From Desulfobacteraceae bacterium (GTDB taxonomy: Bacteria; Desulfobacterota; Desulfobacteria; Desulfobacterales; SURF-7), in the NCBI GenBank assembly GCA_030618465.1, contig JAUXDD010000001.1, forward strand, positions 1-44,859: a stretch of DNA of 44,859 nucleotides, written 5' to 3'. Position 1 is the stretch's first letter, and every line of letters starts with the position of its first letter. Both the position numbers and the translations under genes were made by a program. Below the pieces are notes generated by a model. That model saw nothing but the letters and a program-made list of their open reading frames with translations, did no database searches and was not told where the DNA came from. Of the stretch, positions 34,014 through 41,910 are shown piece after piece.

Positions 34014-36521
34014 CTATTCAACAGGAATTTTAATAATGTCCGATTTTTTTAAAATTTCTTCTGACAGATTAAAAACAGATGTAACAACATCATACGGTCG
34101 AAGTGTTCTCCCTGTTTCAGATGTTAATATCATTTTTAAGCTGCTGGTGGAAATTAGTTCCATGTATAATACAATATCCTTTAAATTGAATTTTATCAAC
34201 TTTCCTTTTTTATTTAATTTGGAGAACATATATTCCGATGTGTCTGCAAATTGTTGCAGTGCGTTGTCATCGAAATCGCCTTCTTTTAAAGAAACAATAT
34301 AGCCCGATGTTTTTTTGGCTTTAGGCGGGGAAATGGAAACTATACATTCGTGAACAGAAAGACCTTCCGGCAGATGTACATTTAAATCGTTAATAATCGG
34401 GGTGGGATTTATATGTACCGGAACAGTCAGATACAGATACTCTTTAAGACTTTCAATGCCAACAGGAAGTGGATCTTCAAAAGAAATTCTGGGTTTAGGA
34501 TGAAATCCCTGAGAATATTTAACCGGAATTCCGGCTCGTTTAACAGCCCTTAATAAAATATTTACAAGTTCAAGATGACCAAAATATTTTGCCGTTCCCC
34601 GTTTGGAATATGCAATTCTCAGTGTTTTATAGGGGCCATCATTGAAATTATTTTTTTCTGAAGGAACCGGGATGTTTTTATCAACTGTATCAAAGACTTT
34701 TGGTGCTAATGAATCAAGGTCGCAGACCCCGCAACTGTTGCAGATATTATTGCGGCAGTCATCTGTTAATTCACCAGTTAATGCTTTTTCATATTCTTCC
34801 ACTAAAAATTTTTTTGATACTTTTATATCAACATGGTCCCAGGGTAACGGTTCATGAAGATCCCTTATACGAGTTGTAAAAAAGTCAACATCTATTCCGG
34901 TATCAGAAAAAGATTCTTCCCACAGAGGGTACTGGAATTTATCAGTCCAGCCGTCAAAACGGCATCCTTTCTTGTAAGCTGCTACAAGCAATTGTCCCAG
35001 CCTTCTGTCACCTTTTGACCAAAGCCCTTCAAGGATGCTGGCTTCAGGCGTCTGCCATTTAAATTGCACACCCGGGATTTTTAATCTGTCCTTCAGCCAA
35101 AAAATTTTTTCTTTGGATTCAGCCAGTGACAGCTGGGGAACCCATTGGAAAGGGGTGTGGGGTTTAGGAATAAATGTTGTTATACTGACATTAATTTGTC
35201 TTTTTTTTAATTTTTTGGAGGGTTTAATTTTTTTCAGCTTTTTTACAAGATGAACAATTTCCTGCAGATCATCATCAGTTTCAGTGGGAAGTCCGATCAT
35301 GAAATACAATTTTATCAAATTCCAGCCAAGATTAAACGCATCTGAAACAGTATCGATAATATCTTTTTGAGTAATGTTTTTATTTATTACATCACGCAGG
35401 CGCTGGCTTCCGGCTTCAGGGGCAATTGTGAAACCGGTTTTTCGTACTTTTTTAATAAGTTCCATCAGGTTCGGTGTCAACGTTCCGGCACGGAGCGAGG
35501 GCAGTGAAACCGCAACGTGTCTGGACGCGTACCTTCCCATTAAATGTTCCATCAATGGCATCAGACATCCGTAGTCACCGGTACTGAGGGACAACAGGGA
35601 TATGTCCTCATATCCGGTTTTTGCCAGAGATTTTTCCGCCAGTATTAACAGGTCCGCCACAGATCTTTCACGAACCGGCCGGTATAACATGCCTGCCTGA
35701 CAAAAACGGCATCCACGGGTGCATCCCCTGGCAATTTCAAGGCGAAGGCGGTCATGGACAGGCCTCCCAAAAGGAAGGATCGGTGCATCCGGAAAATGAC
35801 TGCTGCTGAGGGTGTCAATAATTGTCCGGGTTACACCGGTATGGGATGAAAAGTCCGGCACAAGCTCTTGAAAACCCCGGGCCGTGTATTTTGCCTGAAA
35901 GAGAGAAGGAATATAGACCCCTTCAATTTTGGATAGTTCCTTTAAGCGCGCTGTCTTATCAATTTTATCATCATCTTTGAGTTTTAGCCAGGTATCGGCA
36001 ATTTCCATAATCACATGTTCACCATCACCTACAACAAAGGCGTCAAAAAAATCAGCCAGGGGTTCAGGATTGCATGTACAGGGACCACCGGCAATAATAA
36101 GCGGATGGGAATTGTCTCTTTGTGAAGCAAAGAAAGGGATACCTGCCAGATCAAGAATGGTAAGTATATTGGTATAATTCAGCTCATAAAGGAGGCTGAA
36201 ACCAATGATATGAAAATCTATTGCCGGACTGCCGGATTCCAGGGACGTGATGGATGCCCCTGTTGCCCGGAGGCGGGCCTCCATGTCCGTTCCGGGAGTA
36301 TATACACGCTCTGCATAAATATGGTTATGGGTGTTTAATATATGATACAGTATTTGAAGCCCGAAGTGTGACGTGCCTATTTCGTAAAGATCGGGAAAGG
36401 CGAGCAGCATACGGAGTTGTACCGCGTTTACATCCTTTTTTATCGTATTAATTTCAGTGCCTAAATACCTGCTTGGTTTTTCAACAAGCGGCAGGATGTC
36501 TTGAAAAGTACTATTGCTCAT
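34014..36521 (-). CDS. B12-binding-domain radical SAM protein fused to a DUF2344-type C-terminal domain (TIGR03960/TIGR03936-like)
   Basis: 835 aa with the radical SAM cluster 'CTRGCRFCQAG' and an N-terminal B12-binding-like domain. The C-terminal ~230 aa ('RIAYSKRGTAKYFGHLELVNILLRAVKRAGIPVKYSQGFHPKPRISF') are typical of DUF2344. It ends 23 nt upstream of rng. Confidence 0.85.
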   Translation of the reverse strand: MSNSTFQDILPLVEKPSRYLGTEINTIKKDVNAVQLRMLLAFPDLYEIGTSHFGLQILYHILNTHNHIYAERVYTPGTDMEARLRATGASITSLESGSPAIDFHIIGFSLLYELNYTNILTILDLAGIPFFASQRDNSHPLIIAGGPCTCNPEPLADFFDAFVVGDGEHVIMEIADTWLKLKDDDKIDKTARLKELSKIEGVYIPSLFQAKYTARGFQELVPDFSSHTGVTRTIIDTLSSSHFPDAPILPFGRPVHDRLRLEIARGCTRGCRFCQAGMLYRPVRERSVADLLILAEKSLAKTGYEDISLLSLSTGDYGCLMPLMEHLMGRYASRHVAVSLPSLRAGTLTPNLMELIKKVRKTGFTIAPEAGSQRLRDVINKNITQKDIIDTVSDAFNLGWNLIKLYFMIGLPTETDDDLQEIVHLVKKLKKIKPSKKLKKRQINVSITTFIPKPHTPFQWVPQLSLAESKEKIFWLKDRLKIPGVQFKWQTPEASILEGLWSKGDRRLGQLLVAAYKKGCRFDGWTDKFQYPLWEESFSDTGIDVDFFTTRIRDLHEPLPWDHVDIKVSKKFLVEEYEKALTGELTDDCRNNICNSCGVCDLDSLAPKVFDTVDKNIPVPSEKNNFNDGPYKTLRIAYSKRGTAKYFGHLELVNILLRAVKRAGIPVKYSQGFHPKPRISFEDPLPVGIESLKEYLYLTVPVHINPTPIINDLNVHLPEGLSVHECIVSISPPKAKKTSGYIVSLKEGDFDDNALQQFADTSEYMFSKLNKKGKLIKFNLKDIVLYMELISTSSLKMILTSETGRTLRPYDVVTSVFNLSEEILKKSDIIKIPVE

Positions 36522-36636
36522 GGTATATATCTTATCAGTTATTTTGTCGTTATTAATTTAAAGCTATTCAGAATACATGAATTTAATTAAAAAAGAAAAC
36601 AAATAACACGATCAACACAATTAAGGTGTAACTGCT

Positions 36637-38019
36637 GTGAAACGGAAAAAAATAATTCACATTCTAAATTCAGAAACGCCATGGGACAATATTCATATTA
36701 AAGGATGGGTTAGAACCAGGCGGTCATCCAAAGGCTTTTCCTTTTTGGAAGTAAATGACGGATCGTGTCTTAAAAATGTACAGGTGGTCGCGGATCACTC
36801 CGTGCCCAATTATAATGATGTTGAAAAAATTACTACCGGTTCAGCTGTGTCAATATTCGGGAGGCTTGTGGCGTCACCAGGAAAAGGACAAAAATGGGAG
36901 ATTCATGCAGAAACGGTTGACATTATCAGTATTGCCCCTGAATCCTATCCATTGCAGAAAAAAAGACACAGCGACGAATATTTGAGAACAATCGGGCACT
37001 TAAGACCCAGAACAAATAAATATGGTTCTGTATTTCGTATTCGATCCGAGATTTCATTTGCTGCCCATCAATTTTTCAGGGACAGGGGGTTTCGATACAT
37101 TCATTCACCAATTATTACCGGTTCTGATTGCGAAGGCGCCGGAGAAATGTTCCGGGTCACGGCTCTGGATCTGGAAAATATTCCGAAAAAAAATGGAAAA
37201 ACGGATTTTATTCATGATTTTTTCGGAAAAGAGGTGAATCTGACCGTGTCCGGGCAACTGTCAGCAGAAATGATGGCACTGGCACTGGGTGACGTGTACA
37301 CATTCGGGCCCACATTTCGAGCAGAAAATTCAAATACAGCAAGACATGTGGCGGAATTCTGGATGATAGAGCCGGAAATGGCGTTTTGTGATCTTGAAGG
37401 GGACATGGCGATAGCAGAAGAATTTGTGAAATATCTGACAGCATTTGCCATGGACAACTGCAGGGAAGATCTCGCACTTTTTTCAACATTTGTTGATAAA
37501 ACCCTGCTGGCAACACTGGATACGATTATTTCTTCTGATTTTCTGAAACTTCCCTACCAGGAGGCCGTAGACATTTTAAAAAATACCGGGAAAAAATTTG
37601 AGTATGAAATCAATTACGGAAATGATCTTCAGTCGGAGCATGAGCGGTATTTAACCGAAGAGTACTTTAAAAAGCCGGTCATTATTTTTAATTATCCAAA
37701 AGAGATTAAACCGTTTTACATGCGGATGAACAATGACAGCAAGACCGTGGCAGCCATGGATCTGCTTGTTCCGCGTATCGGGGAACTTGTGGGGGGGAGC
37801 CAGCGGGAGGAACGTTATGACGTACTGGAATCGCGGATGGATGAACTGGGAATAGCAAAAGAAAATTACTGGTGGTACCTTGATTCCAGGAGATTCGGGA
37901 CAGTTCCTCACAGCGGCTTCGGTCTGGGATTTGAACGATTATTAATGCTGATAACAGGCATTACCAATATCCGGGATGTTATTCCGTTTCCGAGAGTACC
38001 CGGGCAAATTGAATTTTAA
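36637..38019 (+). CDS. asnS: asparagine--tRNA ligase
   Basis: 460 aa with a GTG start and an N-terminal OB anticodon-binding domain. Class II motifs are 'FRAENSNTARHVAEFWMIEPE' and 'GFGLGFERL'. Confidence 0.95.
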   Translation: MKRKKIIHILNSETPWDNIHIKGWVRTRRSSKGFSFLEVNDGSCLKNVQVVADHSVPNYNDVEKITTGSAVSIFGRLVASPGKGQKWEIHAETVDIISIAPESYPLQKKRHSDEYLRTIGHLRPRTNKYGSVFRIRSEISFAAHQFFRDRGFRYIHSPIITGSDCEGAGEMFRVTALDLENIPKKNGKTDFIHDFFGKEVNLTVSGQLSAEMMALALGDVYTFGPTFRAENSNTARHVAEFWMIEPEMAFCDLEGDMAIAEEFVKYLTAFAMDNCREDLALFSTFVDKTLLATLDTIISSDFLKLPYQEAVDILKNTGKKFEYEINYGNDLQSEHERYLTEEYFKKPVIIFNYPKEIKPFYMRMNNDSKTVAAMDLLVPRIGELVGGSQREERYDVLESRMDELGIAKENYWWYLDSRRFGTVPHSGFGLGFERLLMLITGITNIRDVIPFPRVPGQIEF

Positions 38020-38063
38020 TTAATCAATGGTAAAAACAACTTAAACCCTTTATTCCAAAATTC

Positions 38064-38092
38064 TTGACAACTGATATTGTATGGTGTTTACT
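38064..38092 (+). promoter_or_regulatory. candidate sigma70-type promoter of the rpsF operon
   Basis: TTGACA (38064..38069), a 17-nt spacer, then TTTACT (38087..38092), about 105 nt upstream of the rpsF ATG. Confidence 0.4.
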
Positions 38093-38100
38093 GATCTGAT

Positions 38101-38142
38101 TTTAAATAGTTGGTTTTAAATAGTTGGTTTTGAATGTCAGGT
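38101..38142 (+). repeat. three tandem 14-nt repeats in the rpsF leader
   Basis: TTTAAATAGTTGGT (38101..38114) is repeated exactly at 38115..38128. A degenerate third unit TTTGAATGTCAGGT (10/14 identical) follows at 38129..38142. Confidence 0.8.
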
Positions 38143-38153
38143 ATACAATCCTT

Positions 38154-38174
38154 GCTCTGAAATTGTTTCAGGGC
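38154..38174 (+). promoter_or_regulatory. stem-loop in the rpsF 5' UTR just upstream of the RBS
   Basis: In 'gctctgaaattgtttcagggc', a 9-bp stem (one G.U pair) closes a 3-nt loop. The RBS AAGGAG at 38186..38191 follows. The position is compatible with an autoregulatory leader. Confidence 0.4.
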
Positions 38175-38196
38175 TTAATATCCGGAAGGAGAATGT

Positions 38197-38643
38197 ATGA
38201 GAAGATACGAAACAGTTTATATTACAGATGCAGATGTCTCGGAAGAAGATCGGAATCTGGTTTTTGAACGTACAAAGGAATTAATTTCCAAGTATAACGG
38301 ATTTCTTGTAAAGTTTGATGAATGGGGTGTAAAAAAGCTTGCCTATGCAATAAGAAAAAAAAGCCGCGGCTATTATATATGCATGGATTACGGCGGGGAC
38401 GGTTCTCTTGTTGAAGAGATGGAGAGATCTTTTAGAATCGATGACAAGGTTCTAAAATTCATGACCATTCTTCTTGCCGAAGAGGTTGACCTGGAATTAT
38501 TGAAAGAAGAGCAGGTGACGGTCGGTAATGACGCTGTCGAAGAAGAGGAAGTTGTTGCAGATAGTGACAGCAGCCAGAATGCCGTTGATGATTCCGGGGC
38601 CGAAACCGGAAAAGAAAAATCTGAAACCATTGAAGAGGAGTAA
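38197..38643 (+). CDS. rpsF: 30S ribosomal protein S6 with a long acidic C-terminal tail
   Basis: 148 aa. 'MRRYETVYI...' and '[12 protein letters not shown]' are typical of S6. The C-terminal ~50 aa are D/E-rich and end in ...TIEEE. Confidence 0.93.
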   Translation: MRRYETVYITDADVSEEDRNLVFERTKELISKYNGFLVKFDEWGVKKLAYAIRKKSRGYYICMDYGGDGSLVEEMERSFRIDDKVLKFMTILLAEEVDLELLKEEQVTVGNDAVEEEEVVADSDSSQNAVDDSGAETGKEKSETIEEE

Positions 38644-38648
38644 AAAAT

Positions 38649-38933
38649 ATGCCCGCGCCAAATAATAGGGGTCGTAGAAATAACAAACCTGACACCCGAA
38701 AAAAAAGATTTTTTCATCGCCGCAAAGTCTGTCGTTTCTGTGCGGACAGCAGTGTTGTCATTGATTATAAAGAAATCAAAACATTGAGATACTTTATAAC
38801 CGAACGCAGCAAAATTATACCCCGGCGTATATCAGGAACATGTGCAAAACATCAGCGTGTCTTGACCACAGCCATTAAACGGGCACGGACAATTGCTCTT
38901 TTGCCGTATGTCGGTACACTGGATCATCATTAG
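38649..38933 (+). CDS. rpsR: 30S ribosomal protein S18
   Basis: 94 aa with 'RRKVCRFC', '[33 protein letters not shown]' and 'AIKRAR'. It starts 5 nt after rpsF. Confidence 0.93.
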   Translation: MPAPNNRGRRNNKPDTRKKRFFHRRKVCRFCADSSVVIDYKEIKTLRYFITERSKIIPRRISGTCAKHQRVLTTAIKRARTIALLPYVGTLDHH

Positions 38934-38965
38934 TCGCTGTCGCACAGCCACAGGAGACATATTCA

Positions 38966-39931
38966 TTGTCTAAAGCTGTTCAGGGGGAGTTAACAAAGGA
39001 TATTATCAGCGGACCAGTGATCGTTGTCCTGATATTTTTGATTTCGATCTTTCTGCCGATTATTGGTTTTTTCTTTTCTTTTTTGATTCCGCTTCCCATA
39101 CTTTTTTATCGGGCAAAGCTTGGCCGGGCCAATGGAATAATAATTCCGGTTTTTGCAATCATACTGATGGTTATTATTCTTGGAGGACTGACTTTTGATA
39201 CAGCTTATTTTGTCGGTCTGGTTTTAATTGGTTTTTCCCTGAGCGAGTTTATTGAAAAGAACCTTTCGGTAGAAAGGACAGTGTTGTATGCATGCACGTT
39301 TGTTCTTGCAGGGGCGGTGGTCGGGCTGTTTTTTTTCAGCAGCATAAGCGGTACTTCTGTGTCAGCACTGATTTCAGACTATTTGAGAAAAAATTTTGAG
39401 TTAACGATTGCGCTTTATGAAGAACTCGGGATGCCTGAAGAAATCATCCTCATGATGTCAAACGCAATGGGTAAAATTCATTATTTTGTTTGGATTATTC
39501 CGGCGCTTGTTACGACATTTACTCTTATTGTGGCGTGGATAAGCCTTTTGCTTGCAAGGCCAATTTTAAAAAACAAACATCTTTTTTTCCCTGATTTTGG
39601 CTCTTTGAATTTATGGAAGGCACCGGAGTATCTTGTGTGGGGTGTTATTGGGTGCGGGGTGCTTCTTTTTGTTCCGAACACGGCCGTTAAAATTGTGGCA
39701 ATAAACGGCATGATTGTCCTGCTGACAATCTATTTTTTTCAGGGCATCGCCATTGTTTCATTTTTTTTGGAAAAAAAGCGGTTGCCGAGGATGCTGAAAG
39801 TTTTTATCTACTGTTTTATTGCCATGCAGCAGGTTTTTCTTATTATAGTTGTGGGGGTTGGCTTTTTTGATATATGGCTGAATTTCAGAAAGTTGGGGAC
39901 AAATTATAACAATGATCAGCTTCAAACATAA
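38966..39931 (+). CDS. DUF2232 (YybS-like) polytopic membrane protein
   Basis: 321 aa with a TTG start and GGAGA 8 nt upstream. It has multiple TM helices. Its position between rpsR and rplI matches yybS in Firmicutes. Confidence 0.75.
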   Translation: MSKAVQGELTKDIISGPVIVVLIFLISIFLPIIGFFFSFLIPLPILFYRAKLGRANGIIIPVFAIILMVIILGGLTFDTAYFVGLVLIGFSLSEFIEKNLSVERTVLYACTFVLAGAVVGLFFFSSISGTSVSALISDYLRKNFELTIALYEELGMPEEIILMMSNAMGKIHYFVWIIPALVTTFTLIVAWISLLLARPILKNKHLFFPDFGSLNLWKAPEYLVWGVIGCGVLLFVPNTAVKIVAINGMIVLLTIYFFQGIAIVSFFLEKKRLPRMLKVFIYCFIAMQQVFLIIVVGVGFFDIWLNFRKLGTNYNNDQLQT

Positions 39932-39999
39932 AAAATAGAAGATAATAAAAAAAGCATTCGCTTTCAATATATTTGGAATATTTTATCGGAGGGTTGTTA

Positions 40000-40443
40000 A
40001 TGAAAGTAATATTAAAAGAAACACTAGAATCTCTTGGTATAATAGGCTCTGAAGTTAAGGTTGCAGACGGTTATGCCCGTAACTATCTTTTGCCCCAGGG
40101 CAAGGCGGTTGAGGACACACCTCAAAATCGGAAAAAACTGGAACAGGAAAAAGCAAAATTTGACATTCAAATAGCCAAAGAACGAGACATCGCAAACCAG
40201 ATGGCGGAAAGACTCTCCGGGGTTGAGTGTAAAATTGCCGTAAAAGTCAGTGATGAGGATAGCCTGTACGGTTCGGTTACCATTTCAGAAATTATCGAAG
40301 CCCTTAAAGCCCAGGATATTGAAGTTGAAAAAAGGATGGTTTTACTGGCAGATCCGATTAAGGCAATCGGAACTTACAAAGTTCCCATCCGCGTATATAA
40401 AAATGTTGAACCGGAAATAACTGTTGAGGTTGTACCAGAATAA
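40000..40443 (+). CDS. rplI: 50S ribosomal protein L9
   Basis: 'MKVILKETLESLGIIGSEVKVADGYARNYLLPQGKA' is the canonical L9 N-terminus. ATG 40000 is preceded by GGAGGG. The ORF-track start at 39973 adds 9 residues. Confidence 0.93.
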   Translation: MKVILKETLESLGIIGSEVKVADGYARNYLLPQGKAVEDTPQNRKKLEQEKAKFDIQIAKERDIANQMAERLSGVECKIAVKVSDEDSLYGSVTISEIIEALKAQDIEVEKRMVLLADPIKAIGTYKVPIRVYKNVEPEITVEVVPE

Positions 40444-40457
40444 AATGCGTTTTGTGC

Positions 40458-40488
40458 GCGTTGCAGAAGTTTAAAAACTCTGCAACGC
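40458..40488 (+). promoter_or_regulatory. perfect 10-bp stem-loop between rplI and dnaB
   Basis: GCGTTGCAGA (40458..40467), an 11-nt loop, then TCTGCAACGC (40479..40488). No U-tract follows, so it is not a canonical intrinsic terminator. Confidence 0.45.
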
Positions 40489-40506
40489 TAAGTAAATAAA
40501 GAGATT

Positions 40507-41877
40507 ATGCTTAATCGTCAACGGCAAATCGAAAACGATCCATCTCTTCATAAAGTTCCGCCTCAGAGTATTGAGGCAGAAGAATCCATTTTAAGCGCAA
40601 TTCTGATAGACAGCACTTCTCTGCTTGAAGTCGTTGAGATACTGAGACCCGAAGATTTTTACAAATCCGCTCACCAGAAGATTTTTTCAGCCATCATTGC
40701 TCTTTTTGCAGAAAGCGAACCGGTGGATCTGGTTACCCTGACAAACAAACTGAGAGAAAACGGGCATCTGGAAGCGGTTGGCGGTGCCACATACCTTGCA
40801 GGGCTTGTGGATTCGATTCCACTGGCTGTTAATGCTCCGCATTATGCCGGAATAATCCGTGACAAATCTTCCTTGCGCAAACTCATAGAAAAAGCCAGCA
40901 TCATTGTAACCCGGTGTTTTGAAGACAGGGGAAATGTTGATGAACTCATTGACTTTGCTGAACGATCCGTTTTTGAAGTCTCTGAAAATAAAACAAAGCA
41001 GGCGTTTACCCCGATCAGCGACCTTCTTGAAAACAACATAGAGATGCTTGAAGAGCGGCAGGGAAACAAATCGTTGCTAACGGGTATTCCCTCAGGGTTT
41101 AAACAACTGGATGATTTGACATCGGGTTTTCAGAACTCTGATCTGATTATTCTGGCCGGCCGGCCGGCCATGGGAAAAACATCTTTAGCCTTAAATATTG
41201 CAAGAAATGCGGCGGTGGAATCAAACACACCCGTAGCTGTTTTTTCCCTTGAAATGTCTAAAGCACAGCTGTCAATGCGTCTTTTAACCGCAGAAGCACG
41301 AATCGATTCAGCACGACTCCGGGGTGGATTTTTTAATAATGATGACTGGGCCCGGCTAACCAATGCCGCATCTGACCTTTCGGAAGCACCTATTTATATT
41401 GATGATTCCCCCGATATTACATCCATGGAGATAAGGGCCAAGGCGCGCAGGCTCAAAATGGAAAGCGGCCTTGGGCTTATTGTAATCGATTATATTCAGC
41501 TCATGAGGGGCAGTGCAACAAATGAAAGAAGGGACCTTGAAATTTCCGAAATTTCAAGGTCACTGAAAGGTCTTGCCAAAGAACTGAATCTTCCTGTGAT
41601 TGCCCTGTCCCAGTTGAACCGAATGCTGGAACAGCGAAGCGATAAACGCCCCGTGCTTTCTGATTTGAGAGAATCCGGTGCCCTTGAACAGGATGCAGAC
41701 CTGGTTGCTTTTATATACAGGGATGAGGTTTACAATACAGCTGAAGACAACCCGAGAAAAGGAGCCGCAGAGATTATCCTCGGGAAACAGAGAAACGGAC
41801 CAGTGGGCACAGCTCACCTGACGTTCCTGAAGTCATATACCCGGTTTGAGAACATGGAGCCGGGAAACTATGGTTAG
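40507..41877 (+). CDS. dnaB: replicative DNA helicase
   Basis: 456 aa with 'PPQSIEAEESILSAIL', Walker A 'GRPAMGKTS', 'DYIQLM' and 'SQLNR'. Confidence 0.95.
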   Translation: MLNRQRQIENDPSLHKVPPQSIEAEESILSAILIDSTSLLEVVEILRPEDFYKSAHQKIFSAIIALFAESEPVDLVTLTNKLRENGHLEAVGGATYLAGLVDSIPLAVNAPHYAGIIRDKSSLRKLIEKASIIVTRCFEDRGNVDELIDFAERSVFEVSENKTKQAFTPISDLLENNIEMLEERQGNKSLLTGIPSGFKQLDDLTSGFQNSDLIILAGRPAMGKTSLALNIARNAAVESNTPVAVFSLEMSKAQLSMRLLTAEARIDSARLRGGFFNNDDWARLTNAASDLSEAPIYIDDSPDITSMEIRAKARRLKMESGLGLIVIDYIQLMRGSATNERRDLEISEISRSLKGLAKELNLPVIALSQLNRMLEQRSDKRPVLSDLRESGALEQDADLVAFIYRDEVYNTAEDNPRKGAAEIILGKQRNGPVGTAHLTFLKSYTRFENMEPGNYG

Positions 41878-41910
41878 AGGCAATTTTTTCCAACCTAATA
41901 AATCTCACAT

